The translations under genes and the position numbers were made by a program. A stretch of 59,429 bases of DNA, counting the filler, from Sphacelaria rigidula (lineage: Eukaryota): the NCBI GenBank assembly GCA_964200075.2. It is 6 parts of 6 records of this genome, joined end to end, with 100 filler letters (N's around TTAATTAATTAA, not from the genome) between each part and the next. Parts side by side here need not be neighbours in the genome. Positions count along the whole stretch, not along the records: positions 1 to 9,823 come from CAXNAA020007685.1; positions 9,924 to 19,745 come from CAXNAA020007686.1; 4 more parts are not named here. One strand, written 5' to 3'. The notes under the pieces are model-generated. The model saw nothing but the letters and a program-made list of their open reading frames with translations. It did not search any database and was not told the DNA's origin. Numbering within the stretch: the stretch's first letter is position 1; every line of letters starts with the position of its first letter. Positions 1 to 12,715 of the stretch are shown piece by piece.

Positions 1-79
1 GTGTCGGGGGGGTTTTTCCGACGGTATTTCCTTTCCCCAAATTTTCGCCCCCCTCCCTAGAAACTTTCTACAAGAGCCC

Positions 80-330
80 CCCCCCCCCCCCCCAAATAAA
101 ATAAAATCCAGTCCTAAAGTGTCGCGAAGGAAATGGCCATACAGCGCCCGATGTTTGGGTTCGATTGCATGAAGCGCCTCGTATTTTTTAATATTGGCGA
201 GAACGAGCCCAAGCGTGGGAATTTCCAGCTGCTCGTTGGCTCGGCTTTTCCCATTTCGATATACGTGAAATTTCCCCCCCCAAAACCACACACTTTTTTT
301 TGGGGGGGGGGCTATCGTGGAAAGTGTCAG
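80..330. repeat. Dispersed repeat family A (copy 1)
   Basis: Shares cagcgcc-gatgtttgggttc...gcatgaagc...attggcgag...ccaagcgtgggaatt-ccagctgctcgt...cgtggaaagt with 57507-57750; C-run/G-run hairpin near the right end. Confidence 0.75.
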
Positions 331-655
331 TACACAACACATATTGTGCTGTGCTGCATTGTAGACTCCATGAGAGTACAGTGACTAACGGATGGCGTGT
401 GAAGCACTCTCGTCATGGGTGCCCGAACGCACTCTTTTTTATGTTTCGCATCGTATCCGTGTGCTGTACCATGTGTGTATATCCTGGAAAACCATAAATG
501 CACGGCGCAGAAACGCCAACTTATGAAAATTACATGAGTTTGTTCCATTTGTACAGTAGATCTCTTGGCCTAACGAGCTGTCATGCACAATTATTTACTA
601 GCTTGAGTTCTTGTTTCTGCACGTTGTTCCTCTGTGATGTGTCAATGTCTCGCAG

Positions 656-3600
656 GGCGATGGACGGTCTGCCGCTGACTGTACGTCTGCTCGACCCCCC
701 GCTGCACGAATTCTTGCCCCATTCCAAGGAAGAGATGCAGGTATTTGTACAGGTCGAAGCTTTGACGTGGTTCCAACCATTAGTTTTTTTTCGGAGTATA
801 GGAGGATGCGGGTACGTCAGAGGGTGTGTGCCGCCTTCTGAACATTTTGTTTTGTTCTTCGGTTGGAAAGACAGGAGGTGCAGTAAGACAAGACGCGATA
901 TTGCATCCCACCCTCTTCAAGATCGAAGGGGTGTATATCCCCCCCTTCTCAGCAAAACGGAAGACAGATTTGCGCGACATCCCAGCGCGTGCCCGAACCT
1001 GCCTTGAATTTTGTCTGACGTGCAGGCGTGACACCCAGAGCTTATGCAGAGCACGATCGCATTCATGTTTTTGTGTCGATGAAGATAGCTTGTCCTGAGC
1101 GGATTCGTTCCGAACTATTCGTTGTGTTTTGCTCGTTCGTTGGCCCCGAAACAGGCGCTGGCTGAAACCCTTGGAAAGTCTGTTCAAGTGGTGGAAGACC
1201 GTGTGGCGCAGCTCCAGGAGGTGAGTCTGAAATATCATGGTGTATGATGGTTCTCACCGTTCCGTGGCGTCTCTCTTCACTTTTACTTTTGATGATATAG
1301 CAGGGGCGATAGTGGAAAGTCGAGCCTACGTCTGTGACCGCGGGTTTGCGAGATCGTACTATCGTGCTTGAATGATAATAATGGTGAAAATGATGTGTCT
1401 AACGAGCTTTTTCCACACCGTGAACAAGTTGTATGGTCGATAGACGCGAGAGATCAAATATGCACTGGGTTGAGTATAGTGATGAAGCTTGATTCCTTCA
1501 TGAGTACTAATACTATTTTGCGAACACTTGTGTTGAGACAGGGTTGTATGCATGCAAGCCGTGAAAAATACCCCCTCGCACCACATCAGTTGCAGGTACT
1601 TTGGAAGGCGTGCGTGAACCATGTGAAGGTAGCAATAAGAGTGGAAAGTACCTACACTCTTCGGGGAAGGAAGGCGCTGATGATGGGGGACAGCAGAAAA
1701 AGTCGCACCAGGAGAGTATGACGAATTCCTACACACGACCTCGTAATTTTAAAACCTTTCCTCCTCCCGCTGATCTTGTTCTCACGACACGTAGGTGAAC
1801 CCCATGCTTGGTTTCCGAGGCTGCCGTCTGTCGGTGGTGTACCCCGAGATCACTGAGATGCAGGCTAGGGCCGTTGCCGCCGCGGCAGCAATAAACAAGA
1901 AGGTGAGAGCGAGAAGCTGAAGGAGAGGATCACGAGCGAATGGGAAGTGGGGTGCCTCAAGGAACCTCTCCACTTCAAAATACCTTATACTTTTCCAGCC
2001 ACTTCGTGTGTGTATGTGTGAACTGCAGCGGCCGGCCATATCCTGTGCTCGGTTGTTTTTAGCCCGTTGGCTGGGAACATCATCCATTTCTCGGGAAGTC
2101 TACGCTATGTGGACGGAGGGGTGGGGCGTTGCACGGAAAAATGGAGCTACGCGCGTGTTGAACGACCTTACTCCTTGTAATGGACGTTACAAAAGATGGC
2201 TCAACCCCCACCCCCACCCCTCCTGTCTGGCGTAGGATGAGTGAATTATGCGGTATTTTTCTCGTATTTCGCTTGGGCGCTTGTCGCACTGTCCACCATA
2301 CATGGCTGATGAAACATTCATGTGTGCACACCTGTACACGTCTTCGATGATTCCTTTCATCAGGCTGGACTGGACCCCAAGCCGGAGATCATGGTGCCTG
2401 TTGTCTCCACCGCCCGCGAGCTGGCGCTCATTGTGCCCAGGATTGAAGCGGCCGTGAAGGACGAGCTTGAGAAGGCAGGCGTTGAGGTCAGTTATGTTGT
2501 GCAGCTGTTTTTGAGCAGCACTCGTTGAGGGAGGAAGCGCTACAGAATGAACAGATGAGGCAGGACAGGCGAGAGGATAAACGCGGCGACTTGTGATGAT
2601 CAGTAAAGCTCGGTTGCTGTTCCGTTACTCTGTGTAGCCCTTTTTTATTTTTCCATCAACCCAACTTCCATTTTTTTTCCCTCTGCCGACAAAAATACAC
2701 GAGACAATGCCCGCGCTGTATTCGCGGAGTGTAGGTTTGTGCATCCCCTACAGTAGTGTGGACCGCACACGGGTTGCTCAGAGTTTTGCGTTCATTATTC
2801 TTTGGTACCAGATCAGCTTCAGCAAGCTGCGCGATATTTTGGAGGAATATTTTGTAAAAACTGCTTGGGGGACCGCAGTTGTGAAACAACAACGGCCACG
2901 CTCGCTACATGGCGGTTGTTACTATAGAATTCACATACACGCGCTCACACGTGACCTACTATCGTTTTTCGACATGTGCGTTCTTACGATATGTTGAACG
3001 CATCTTTCTCACCGCTATGTGGCATAATGACAGATGACCATCCCGATCGGTACCATGATGGAGCTGCCGCGTGCGTGCCAGACGGCCGACGTCATCGCGA
3101 AAACCGACGGTGTCAAGTTCATGAGCTTCGGAACTAACGTGAGCGCACATCGGGGGCGGGGGAGGGGAGGGGGTGATACCCATTATTTCGCGGAAGAGAT
3201 GTGTTTGACCTGTTGGTTGTGGTGGGAGTGATGGGTTCGTCTTGAGGAAGGGAGGGGGAAGGAGGGGTTTGGAAGGAGGGGGGAAATAATTAATGGGGCC
3301 TACGTTCAGATTGTTTCAGTCTTGACCCTTTTAGAACCCACTGACGATTTTTGTTTTTGTGAGTCGGCATCATTTTCATTCATTTTCAAGTCAAAATGGT
3401 GACGATTCACAAAAAAAGAAGTCTTCAATGGGTTCGCAAAGGGTTCATCTAACTCAGTTCTGTAATTTTCACCCATTGCGGTCAGCGGGAGGTTCTCACT
3501 GCGGACGGTACTGTGCGGCGAGCAAGATGGAAGAGCGGGCGAAGAAGGGGACGGTGATTTATCAACGGTCACGTTTGACTGCTGCGATGGCACCGACACA

Positions 3601-6204
3601 GAGCTTGCTCTTGAGTCTGCGCGGGAAAAGGAAGTCCTCGTCGGCCGTATTCCGCAGCGGACCGCAACGAAAAAATTCCGTCCCGCTCTTTTATACGACA
3701 AAAAAAAAGGTCCTGTGCTGAAAATACCGTGTCAAATGCCGGTATTTTGCCCAGGGAGCCACTTTCTTGACGTTTGTGCATCACCGCCGTGGTCATACTC
3801 CATCGTATGACGTACCTTTCAAGAACGCGCTTGCTCTCGCTTCGGTCTCCGTTTCGTCAATGAATGTTGTTGATCGTGAAACCAAAATAGGACTTGACGC
3901 AGAGTGTCTGGGGATTCTCCCGTGATGACGCCATCAAGTTCATCGGCCGCTACTCCGAGCAGGTACGTACACTCGTGCAAGCGCACTGTTGTTCAGAGCA
4001 ATGAGGGCCACAACGATTGAAGAAAAACCATGTAGAAAAAAAAGAGGAACAACCCCGAGGAATAATGGACATGTCATGAGCTGTTCCGAGTAGAGCACGC
4101 TTTCTCCCTCACAAACCCTCTTAACAATGTATTCGTGAAGTCGAGAGAAGGGGATACGGTTGAGAGTGAAAAGCGCTCAAAAAGGAAATGAATTGTCTCG
4201 GTTCCGGAAGCCCCTCCACGAGGCCCAATATGCTTTATGCAGGAGCTTGCCACTGAGGCTATTAAACCCCGAGTAGGATATCTACGTGTAGCAGTGAGCT
4301 CACGCAAGTGATGGAGGCAAAGGAAAGCATGCACGGAATGAAAAACTGGCCAAGTTGAAGCGAGTGATCAAAGCCAGTCTCAATCAGCATTTCACTCTAA
4401 ATCTCACGAATACTTCGTTTTTTGGACACAATTGACGATTTTTGAATTGAAGTCGAAATGATGGCGATTCTCGAAAACAGAGATCGTCAGTAGGTTCCAA
4501 AGGGGTTCATTAGTGTGGTATCCATAATGTCTACGATAGTGCAGTACCTCCATTTCATTTTACTCGATACAGGAAGTGAGTCAGCCTGCGGCACTTTACA
4601 GCCCCCCGCACACACGACAGCAAGGGATCTTGAATTGCAAATGCTCGAACCGCCACTGCGGACCCCGAAAGCCCTAGAGGCAGCAACGCACAACTTTTTC
4701 GGGGACATTTTGGTTTGGTGCAGTGGAAAGCGTCATGAACACTTGTCGTATATTTTCTTTTCGTAGTTCGAGAGTGTGGCAAGCGTGCGCATGAAACCCC
4801 ATATCAATCCTCTACCTGATATCCGAGAAATCCGCGATGAAAGAATGACACTTGAGTCTGAGGATCGGCAGCATCTTGTCGGTGACAGCACTATGCCAGG
4901 GAAACGTCTCCTGCTTCTGCTGTGTATCGGCCATTATTACTGCTTGTGCTCGTGTTTATGTCTCGCGATGTTCAAGAGAGCGGTGAACGTGGGGTGGAGA
5001 GTGAAGAGTCGCGGACGTGTGGTTGTCGATTGCTACAGCAACAAACAGCAGCAGTACAATGGTACAACAACAGAAGCAGCAGCTCCTCTCTGCCTCTCTT
5101 GTGACCCTGTGCACAGGTATTCAGCAACGTTAGTCACAGGCTTGTCACAGAAATGTACTATTTTCCATCGTGCATTCCATATGGGTCAATGTGCGGTAAC
5201 AAAAAAGTTGTTGACGAGAGTGGTGATACAAATTGCACCCTGGATTACCGCATCTGAGCGCGTTCGATCATGACACACACAGGGACTGCTGGACTTCGAC
5301 CCCTTTGCACGCATCGACGAGGAGGGTGTAGGTGGCATCATCGGATCTGCACTTGAGAAGGCTCGCAGCGTCAACAAAGACATCAAGGTTCGGCTACCCT
5401 GATGCCACTGTTTCGATTTCGAGAAGTGTTCCGCGTTCGCGTACTGCGTAATCCTCTAGCTTGTGTCGTTGGAACAATCACCATACCCTTCGGAAAGTGG
5501 AGCACTTACCACGTGCCTCACATTTTTTTTTTTTTCAGTCTACGCACGCGGGGCTGGATATCCACTTCAGCATCGTCTGTTTTGGGTACCATTATGCATG
5601 TTGTGGTTGTATCGCCATATTTCATTGTGGTCGTTGGTTGACTGTTTCTCTGTGACGATTGTGGATTTACTTTTGTTGAGAGAGGTGATTGTTGACTAAA
5701 AGTTCGCGACGATTCCAGAGCGGGTCCGAATTGACTACAACAGCATCGATGCGATGGGTCCAAGACTGAATGAGGACAAATTGGGGAGTAGACTTGCTAC
5801 ACCACGACGAATCGACAGCAAACCGCATCGATGTTGCCTCCCAATGGTGGGCTTGCCCCTCGTCTGTGCTTACTCGCTTCCCGCCCTCTTCCTTTTCTTT
5901 CTCGTCGTTCTCCTCGCGTGTTTCGAATTCAAAAACACGCTCACCGTCGACGGAAATGAAGGTGGGCATCTGCGGAGAGCACGGTGGAGAACCAAGCTCT
6001 GTATCATTCTTCCACAACATGAATTTCGATTACGTGTCGTGCAGCCCCTTCCGTGTGCCAATCGCGCGTATCGCTGCGGGGCAGGCGGCCGCCATGGAGT
6101 CGGAAAACAACAAAGACAAATTGTACCGTGAAAGTATCACCAACGTCAAGCTCGACCCGAAGTTTGCGGCTAAGCACAACCCCGATGCCAACAAGGTTTC
6201 TTGA
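656..6204 (+). CDS. PPDK: Pyruvate,phosphate dikinase, 3' part (PEP/pyruvate-binding domain); 5' exons lie outside the contig
   Basis: In-phase GT-AG exons: 656-740 ([21 protein letters not shown]), 1155-1220 ([22 protein letters not shown]), 1795-1902 ([12 protein letters not shown]), 2364-2486 (PEIMVPVV), 3034-3138 ([10 protein letters not shown]...SFGTN), 3891-3962 ([13 protein letters not shown]), 5283-5387 ([12 protein letters not shown]), 5962-6204 (GICGEHGG...[17 protein letters not shown], stop TGA). These are canonical PPDK motifs in the correct order. Confidence 0.97.
3324..3446. repeat. Imperfect palindrome (MITE-like) in a PPDK intron; related half-copies at about 4430-4510 and 38190-38250
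   Basis: gacccttttagaacccactgacgatt...gagtcggcatcattt pairs with aaatggtgacgattcac...gggttcgcaaagggttc; core tcggcatcattttca...ttcaagt recurs at about 38200. Confidence 0.6.
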
Positions 6205-9200
6205 AAGTGAAAAAATCTCGACTGCAAGCAGAGGACAACAGTAGTTTTTTTTTGTCTTCCTTCTTGAACAAGTGAGATGGATTTTTCTGTTGTGGTGTGG
6301 TTTGTGTTCGCGAGTTTTGTTCATTTCGTGATCCATTCTCTTCCTTTCGATTTCCCTCCTTCATCGCTCCCTTTCGCCTAATTTGATTCTTCCCGGTGAT
6401 GGATGGCCACGATGGGCAAAGGATGTTGAGGTCACCCGTTTGTTTCATGGGGATTCACGCAAAGGAAAAAAGTTTGAAAGACCGGTATCTTGATATTATT
6501 TTTCCTTTCAAATTTACTTCGATGAATGTTCAGGGTGAAATTTTGTCGGGAACTCGAGAGTCGATCCTGGTTGGTGGCATCACAGAGAGTGAAGGATGAC
6601 CATTTTAGATGTATGGTTTGTAAGGTGTCTCGTTGAAGGATGTGCAAGATCCCTCGAGGCCCAAGCTTATTTTAACCATATATGAATATGGGGATAATTG
6701 GAGATCTAAATGGACGTAGCATGTAGCGCAACAAAACTTTCGGGGTGGAAAGGGACGTTTTGTTGTCGTTGTTCGTTGTTTGCTATTGGTCCGTCTTGTT
6801 CTCCTCAAAGATAGATTTGTCATGCTCTGAAACCAGGAATTATTGACAGTAGTGATGGATTCTCGGAGGAAGACGAACTCGTGGGGTGTAGGGGCTATGC
6901 TGTACGTATCGGGCGGGAGGGGGAGAGGGGTAAGGAGGGGGGTGCTAGTGACGAGTTCGTTGGCAGCGAAGGTGAACATCGCACACACGCACCGTGCCGA
7001 GTAGGGAAGGAAGATATTATATATACCCCTGATCAGCGGTTGTACCGATCGATATAACCTGCTTTCCTGATGAACAAAACATAACATACCTAGAAAATGA
7101 ACAATTGTTTCGACAGTCCCGCCTCTGGTGGGCAGGATGATGGCATGTAATCAATCATGAATATTGGGGGCAGAGGATGAGAGTTGGGGACGGATAGCAT
7201 TAAGGGAATTGATTGCAGCAGGCGGTCGGAAACTTGCTGTATATTTGTGCAAAGAGGCGAGAAGGCAAGCATATCGAAACCTGGGTTGTGTAAACGCAAA
7301 CAATTAAAGATGGTGCGTGTGCGTATCCATCTTGTGTCATCTCCTTCTACTTGTTGATCCTCCATTGCAGTAAGCCCGTATTTTGTTCTTGCTTTTTCTT
7401 CCCGTGAGAAATGAAATGGAAAAGAAACGGGGGTACTCGTGAAGAAGCAATAGAAGTACGGGACATCATTATGTTTCCCTCACTATGTCTGAAGCATCAC
7501 GGGAGGGATGAGAATAGTTGTGCATATCACGTCAGGAGAAGATTGTTCGGGCGTTGTGCTCCAGATGTGTACCGCGAGGCAAAAGGGAAGGGGGACGGGG
7601 GGCAGTTGAAGCGTATCCTCAGCATCCGAGGTAAGAAGCGTTCCGTTGAGCGTCATGATGAGAGCCTCGTTTGCGGGAGGGGTGGAAATAATTTGCTAGA
7701 GTTTATCTCGTGTTCAGGTCTGTCAAGTTTCCAGCTTCGCGTCAACCTCACTCGTCGATATGGGTGTTGCCCCATGGGCTCTCTGTCCATTTGGGATGTG
7801 GGTAATGATATGAAGTTTAACTTGTTCATCATTTGCACCCGCTCCACACACGAAAGTGCGCGCGCGTCCCTCTGCTTGCCGCATGTTGATCGATCGAGTT
7901 TCCGGATCATTCTGGTTTGAGTCCTCGATGGTGTGACTTATGGCGCGTGTACTCAACTTCGATTTCGGGTTTGTTGCGACTCATCAGTTTTCCGTGTGAT
8001 TCCTATATCTCAATCGGTGAAGTGGCGATGGATTGCCGATTGAGATACGACGGCGCAACCGAAGATCCCGTCCTCATGACGGGTAAAAGCTTGTAGTCGC
8101 ACAAATAAAAAGAGGGTGAAACAAATCAAATGTGGGAACAACAGCCGGAGAAGAAATGAGCGCGGCGGCGACGAGAAGAAACGGAATGGGGGAGGACGGG
8201 TTTCCAAAAGTGTGCCACCCCTTGAATTCTTCGGTTGGTTTTGTATGCTCTCTACTACTACTACGAGAATAAAGCGTGAGTTTTTGACGGCTTCGATCTT
8301 CATATTTTTACCCCGATGGTATGCTCGAGATAAGGAGGGTCTTGGGTCGAGTAAAGAAACATGCTGAAGAAACAAAACAAACCGCAAGTATTTGCTGATT
8401 CACCTATATTTTTTTTCTCTATGAAGTTTTGGCTTTGAGGAATAACGATCGACGGAGGGGCGGGGTAAGGGACACAGGGTAGCGCTAGATTTATATCTCC
8501 GCATGGTTTTGTATGAGTTTGCTATACATACATATGTTGATGTTCGATATCAGAAACCATAGAAGTACGTGTACCGGCTAGTTAGCCTTGGCCTTCCTGC
8601 CCATGTTGATGGACCCATAGATGAAAGGGCCGGGGGGTGTGAATGGAGGGGAAGGGGGATGACAACCAGTCAACCTGAGGGGAGTAGCAGTAATGCTGGT
8701 CCTTTTGCTTGGGCTCTCACGTGGTTGGCGCGGCGGATAATGAAAATAATTCTGTCTCGTTTAGTGATACCAGCAAAATTCCTCATGAGGACGAGATTTT
8801 TTTTTCTTGTAGTGTGCTTCGCTTGTTGGTTTCATATATCGAGGCCCCCTCCTCTTGGAGCATCGAGTTGATAACACAGCGCCTTCTGGATAACGTGCAA
8901 CGCTCGAATTATGATTTTCCTGTTCCAACCCATGATTGTCGTCTTCAGAGCCCCCTAGATAAACAGCCGAGAAATATTTTCACTATCCGGGGTACTTGTG
9001 GAACACACGCCGCAAATGATGCAAGATGAATCGTGGCCGCCCCACACTGATGTCCACTGGGTCGTGGAGATCACTTATGATGGATACGTTTCTGTATGTT
9101 CAGTTTTTCATTCTGTATTTTGTCGGTGATGTATGTGACGGCTGACATCAACCGTATAGGTGAACGGCGTTGCGCAGTATGCATGTTGTGTGCGGAAGGT

Positions 9201-9823
9201 TATGCTCCACTTACGTTGTAAGGGTGTCATATTCCACTCCAGTTTGAGTGCACCTCGTCTGTTCAGAACAACGGCTGCACCCAGCAAGGAAATCCGAATC
9301 AACCAAACCATCAGCCCATTACTTTCAGAAAATCAAGCGCTCGCCCGAGGTGTGCGCAGTGTTGGCAGCACTAGTTTTGGTGACAACGCCCCTCGTATTG
9401 TCTCCTTCCCCGTGGGCACTCGGTTCGCGTTGCACACACGGACAGATATTACCCTGTAGTAGGGCGTGTTACACAGGGCTCTTCGCAGTCTTCGGGAGAA
9501 CTCCTATACGCAATTTGCCAACTAAATTTGGCACCTCTACCAGCATCTCGTAAAACGTCTTGCTCCACAAACTGTAAGCAATCATGTGGAGACCAGTGTT
9601 TCGCCGGGGGTTAGTTTCACGTTTCCCACCACCACCACCCCCAAAATGAAGATGCGACGGAGTCTAAGAAGTGTAGAGAAGGTGATATAGAAACTAAAGC
9701 GATACACGGTTGTAGTATGTATCTGAAGCTACCTTCTCATCCCAGTCCGGCTCGATTCCACACAGTACAGCTCACAAACCAGCGATGTATATCCCTAAAA
9801 AAAGTACTGCTTTTTTGTACAAG

Positions 9824-9923
9824 NNNNNNNNNNNNNNNNNNNNNNNNNNNNNNNNNNNNNNNNNNNNTTAATTAATTAANNNNNNNNNNNNNNNNNNNNN
9901 NNNNNNNNNNNNNNNNNNNNNNN
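9824..9923. other. Artificial contig-join spacer N44-TTAATTAATTAA-N44
   Basis: Exactly 100 nt; the central 12-mer has stop codons in all six frames; identical copies occur at four other positions. Confidence 0.99.
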
Positions 9924-9994
9924 CTGCTGCCGTTGCAAAAATACCAAACGCCTCGTACTCTGGGAGTGTACGTCAATGCATGTACGTCACCTCA

Positions 9995-10091
9995 AAAAAA
10001 TCGGGGGAGATACGATCTCGGAGCGGTTTTCCCCGTTTTTTCTCGAAAAATCGGGGAAAACCGTTCCGAGATCGTGACCCCCCGATTTTTT
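9995..10091. repeat. Near-perfect about 97-bp palindrome (hairpin/MITE-like)
   Basis: aaaaaatcggggg...acgatctcggagcggttttccccg is mirrored by cggggaaaaccgttccgagatcgt...cccccgatttttt; opposite-strand ORFs give near-identical peptides. Confidence 0.85.
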
Positions 10092-10982
10092 CGGCCCCGT
10101 CTTGGTCCAGATCCGTGTCCATAAAATGCGTTCCCCGATTTTTTGTTCCCCCGAATTTGAAAACATCAAGATTCGTGCTTGCCATAAAAGTGGGGTCTAA
10201 TACCGTCTGTTGTACATTTAGTCATGGTTACCGGGTACTGCAACACGAGCCGAGGAGAGAAACCCTTTTGTGAGGCTGCTCCGTTGTTTTCCAAATGAAC
10301 GTAATCCTTGCCTAGTCATGAGTTTGCACATGCTGCACGTGGATAGAAGTCGGACAACTAAAGTACAGTGTTGTTCCTTTTCAATGTTATGGAGGCGGCG
10401 TTTTTGAAGGTTAGACGCCAAGAAAATCCGCACCTCGCTTGTGATGACATCGACAGTTGGAGGATGTGTTGATTGGTACTAGAGCAAGGTGTCGGAGCCG
10501 CAGCCGTGGCTGCACAAGGCGCTGGGGACCCGGTCTGCGTTGAAACGGTGGATATCATTCTCACCAGATTCATTTTATTTCACCACCTCCTGTCTGATGA
10601 CGATTATAGTAGGAAACATTTTGGTTGGGCTGGCAGACCGCAACGGATCCTTCTAGCTTCATCGTCAATTTTTGCCCAGTTAGGGATGGATTCTCGCAGA
10701 AAACCAGAAAAAAAACAGCATCTAGACCCCAGCATGTATGTGAGGGTCAGGCTGAACGGGTGCCGGTCCGAAAGGCTCGACACGTTAAGGTTGAGCTCCT
10801 CTCACGCGACCGCTACATTCTGCCAAGGACCCTTTTCCACGTACCCGACAAGTGGGCAACATCCCCGTATAGACAGTAGCAATGCTACCGCATTAAAAAT
10901 CCTGACAACCTGACAACCGGCAAGGTAGTTATGGTAGTGTTCTTCTAGCGATATGAACTTACAGTGCATTGGAGTAGAGTTT

Positions 10983-12715
10983 CACACCCTGGACAAGAGA
11001 CGACATCTATTGCGATGACAACGGAATCTGCTACAGTGGATGGCCATCGGTTGGCAAGTTTACCTTTCTAATGTCGTTGGCAGTGTCTATCGATAGACCA
11101 GTTTCCCACACTCTCGTCTGGGCAGCAGTCTGCGATGGCCCTACACCGAAATCTATTGCGGCCGACCAAATGCATCGATCGACAGCTTTCGAAATATATT
11201 GGTGACGGCAATGGCTATCGATAGACCGGGTGCCAAACCTATCGATGACGATGGCTATTGACAGATTGCATGCCTAATATATTGATGACGGCTAAAGCTA
11301 TTGATGGATTGCGTACAAATCTATGCGTGGCGGCAATGAAAATCGATAGATACATACCAGAATCAGCCGTGGTATATGATGCCTACCGGCAGATTTTCTA
11401 CGTGTAGAGCATATTATACTCCGTTAAGGTACGGTAGAGAAGCCGCAGGTGGACATGCAGTGGGTGTAAAATGATACCACATGTGAATATATGACATTAT
11501 TTTTTTTTACAATTTTGGAACGCTTGTACTTTGTAGGAATCCGCAACATGTGTAGACAAGACTTTCAACTTTTGTTGTTGGTGAGGTGTCAGTACTTATG
11601 GTTGTCCCTCCGATGGACATGAGTGCTTACAATCCTCTTGTGTGTGGGTGAGATGTGCTTACACTCCGGACAACAGACTATGTCATAGAACATTGTCGCT
11701 GCACTAGCCCCGAAAATTTGACTTTCAATGTTCATTGTCAGTCATTATCTACTGGCATCAAAGTCTATCGATACCCATCGTAGGCGACAATAGATTCGGG
11801 ACAAGGGACGTGATATATCATTGCCGTGACAATGGAAGGGCCAATTCGTCTATCGATAAACTTTATTTGTTGCAATGGGCTCTGAATTGTGGCCACCAAT
11901 GTGTATTTCCAATTGCAAAAGGATCTACCACGCGGCCACCAATACATATCGTTGGTCACAATAGGATCTGAATCGCGGCCACCAGTGTCTACCGTTGGGC
12001 ACAATGCAAGTTGAATCGCGGCCATCAATATCTATTTCTGACCACAAACGTAGCGGAATGTCGTCGATTACTAGCGCTATGTATGCACATTTTGCGTTGT
12101 ATGTTTCCGCCTTATTCCACAGGGGCTTTGGCCAGCTTTCGCCTTCACATGAGACCGCTGCAGTTAGCAATCTATTTTTCAAAACCGATCGTTGGCGTCA
12201 CTGACTGTCGATAGGAGCTCCCGAGAGCAATCGATTGTTGACGGCTATGCCCATATTGGTGGATATCAAAAAATGCATTGGTGTTTTTTGGCGGCAGAGG
12301 CTACTGATAGACTGCTCACCAAATCTGTTGATAGCGGTAATAGCTATTGAGGGATAACTCACTTAATCTGTTGATAGCGGCAATGGCTATCGATGGATGG
12401 CTCACCAAACCTGCTGATAACGGCAATGACTATCGATGGATGGCTCACCAAGCCTTCTGATTACGTCAATGTCTATCGATGTATACAACCCAGAATCTTT
12501 TGCGGTACACCATTTCCATCGATGGCGAGTGATCTTCATCTAATGTAATTACCATAGGCTATCGATCGACTATTCCAACATCTATTGTTCCTTGCAATAC
12601 ATATCACTAGACGTGTTTCACTATCTATCGTGTTCGATAATATATATCGATAGATTTTTCCCCGTGTCTACTGCTGAAACAATGAACTATTATTGTGTCC
12701 ATTGTCCAGGGTGTG
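10983..12715. mobile_element. Non-autonomous DNA transposon with 14-bp TIRs and 8-bp TSD (hAT- or P-like)
   Basis: TIR cacaccctggacaa (10983-10996) / ttgtccagggtgtg (12702-12715), a perfect inverted match; flanks tagagttt (10975-10982) and cagagttt (12716-12723); internal ATCGAT-rich repeats; no transposase ORF. Confidence 0.75.
12291..12500 (+). repeat. 43-bp minisatellite inside the TIR element
   Basis: Units start at 12291, 12334, 12377, 12420 and 12463 (consensus about gcggcaatggctatcgatggatggctcaccaaacctgctgata); more degenerate units at 11200-11360. Confidence 0.85.

Noticed and set aside
7411..9553. Several 80-170-aa ORFs downstream of PPDK
   Set aside because: No recognisable motifs or coherent exon chain; probably 3' UTR or intergenic sequence.
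9868..9879. TTAATTAATTAA recurring every 9.9 kb as a biological periodic motif
   Set aside because: Always embedded in N runs of fixed length; it is an assembly linker.
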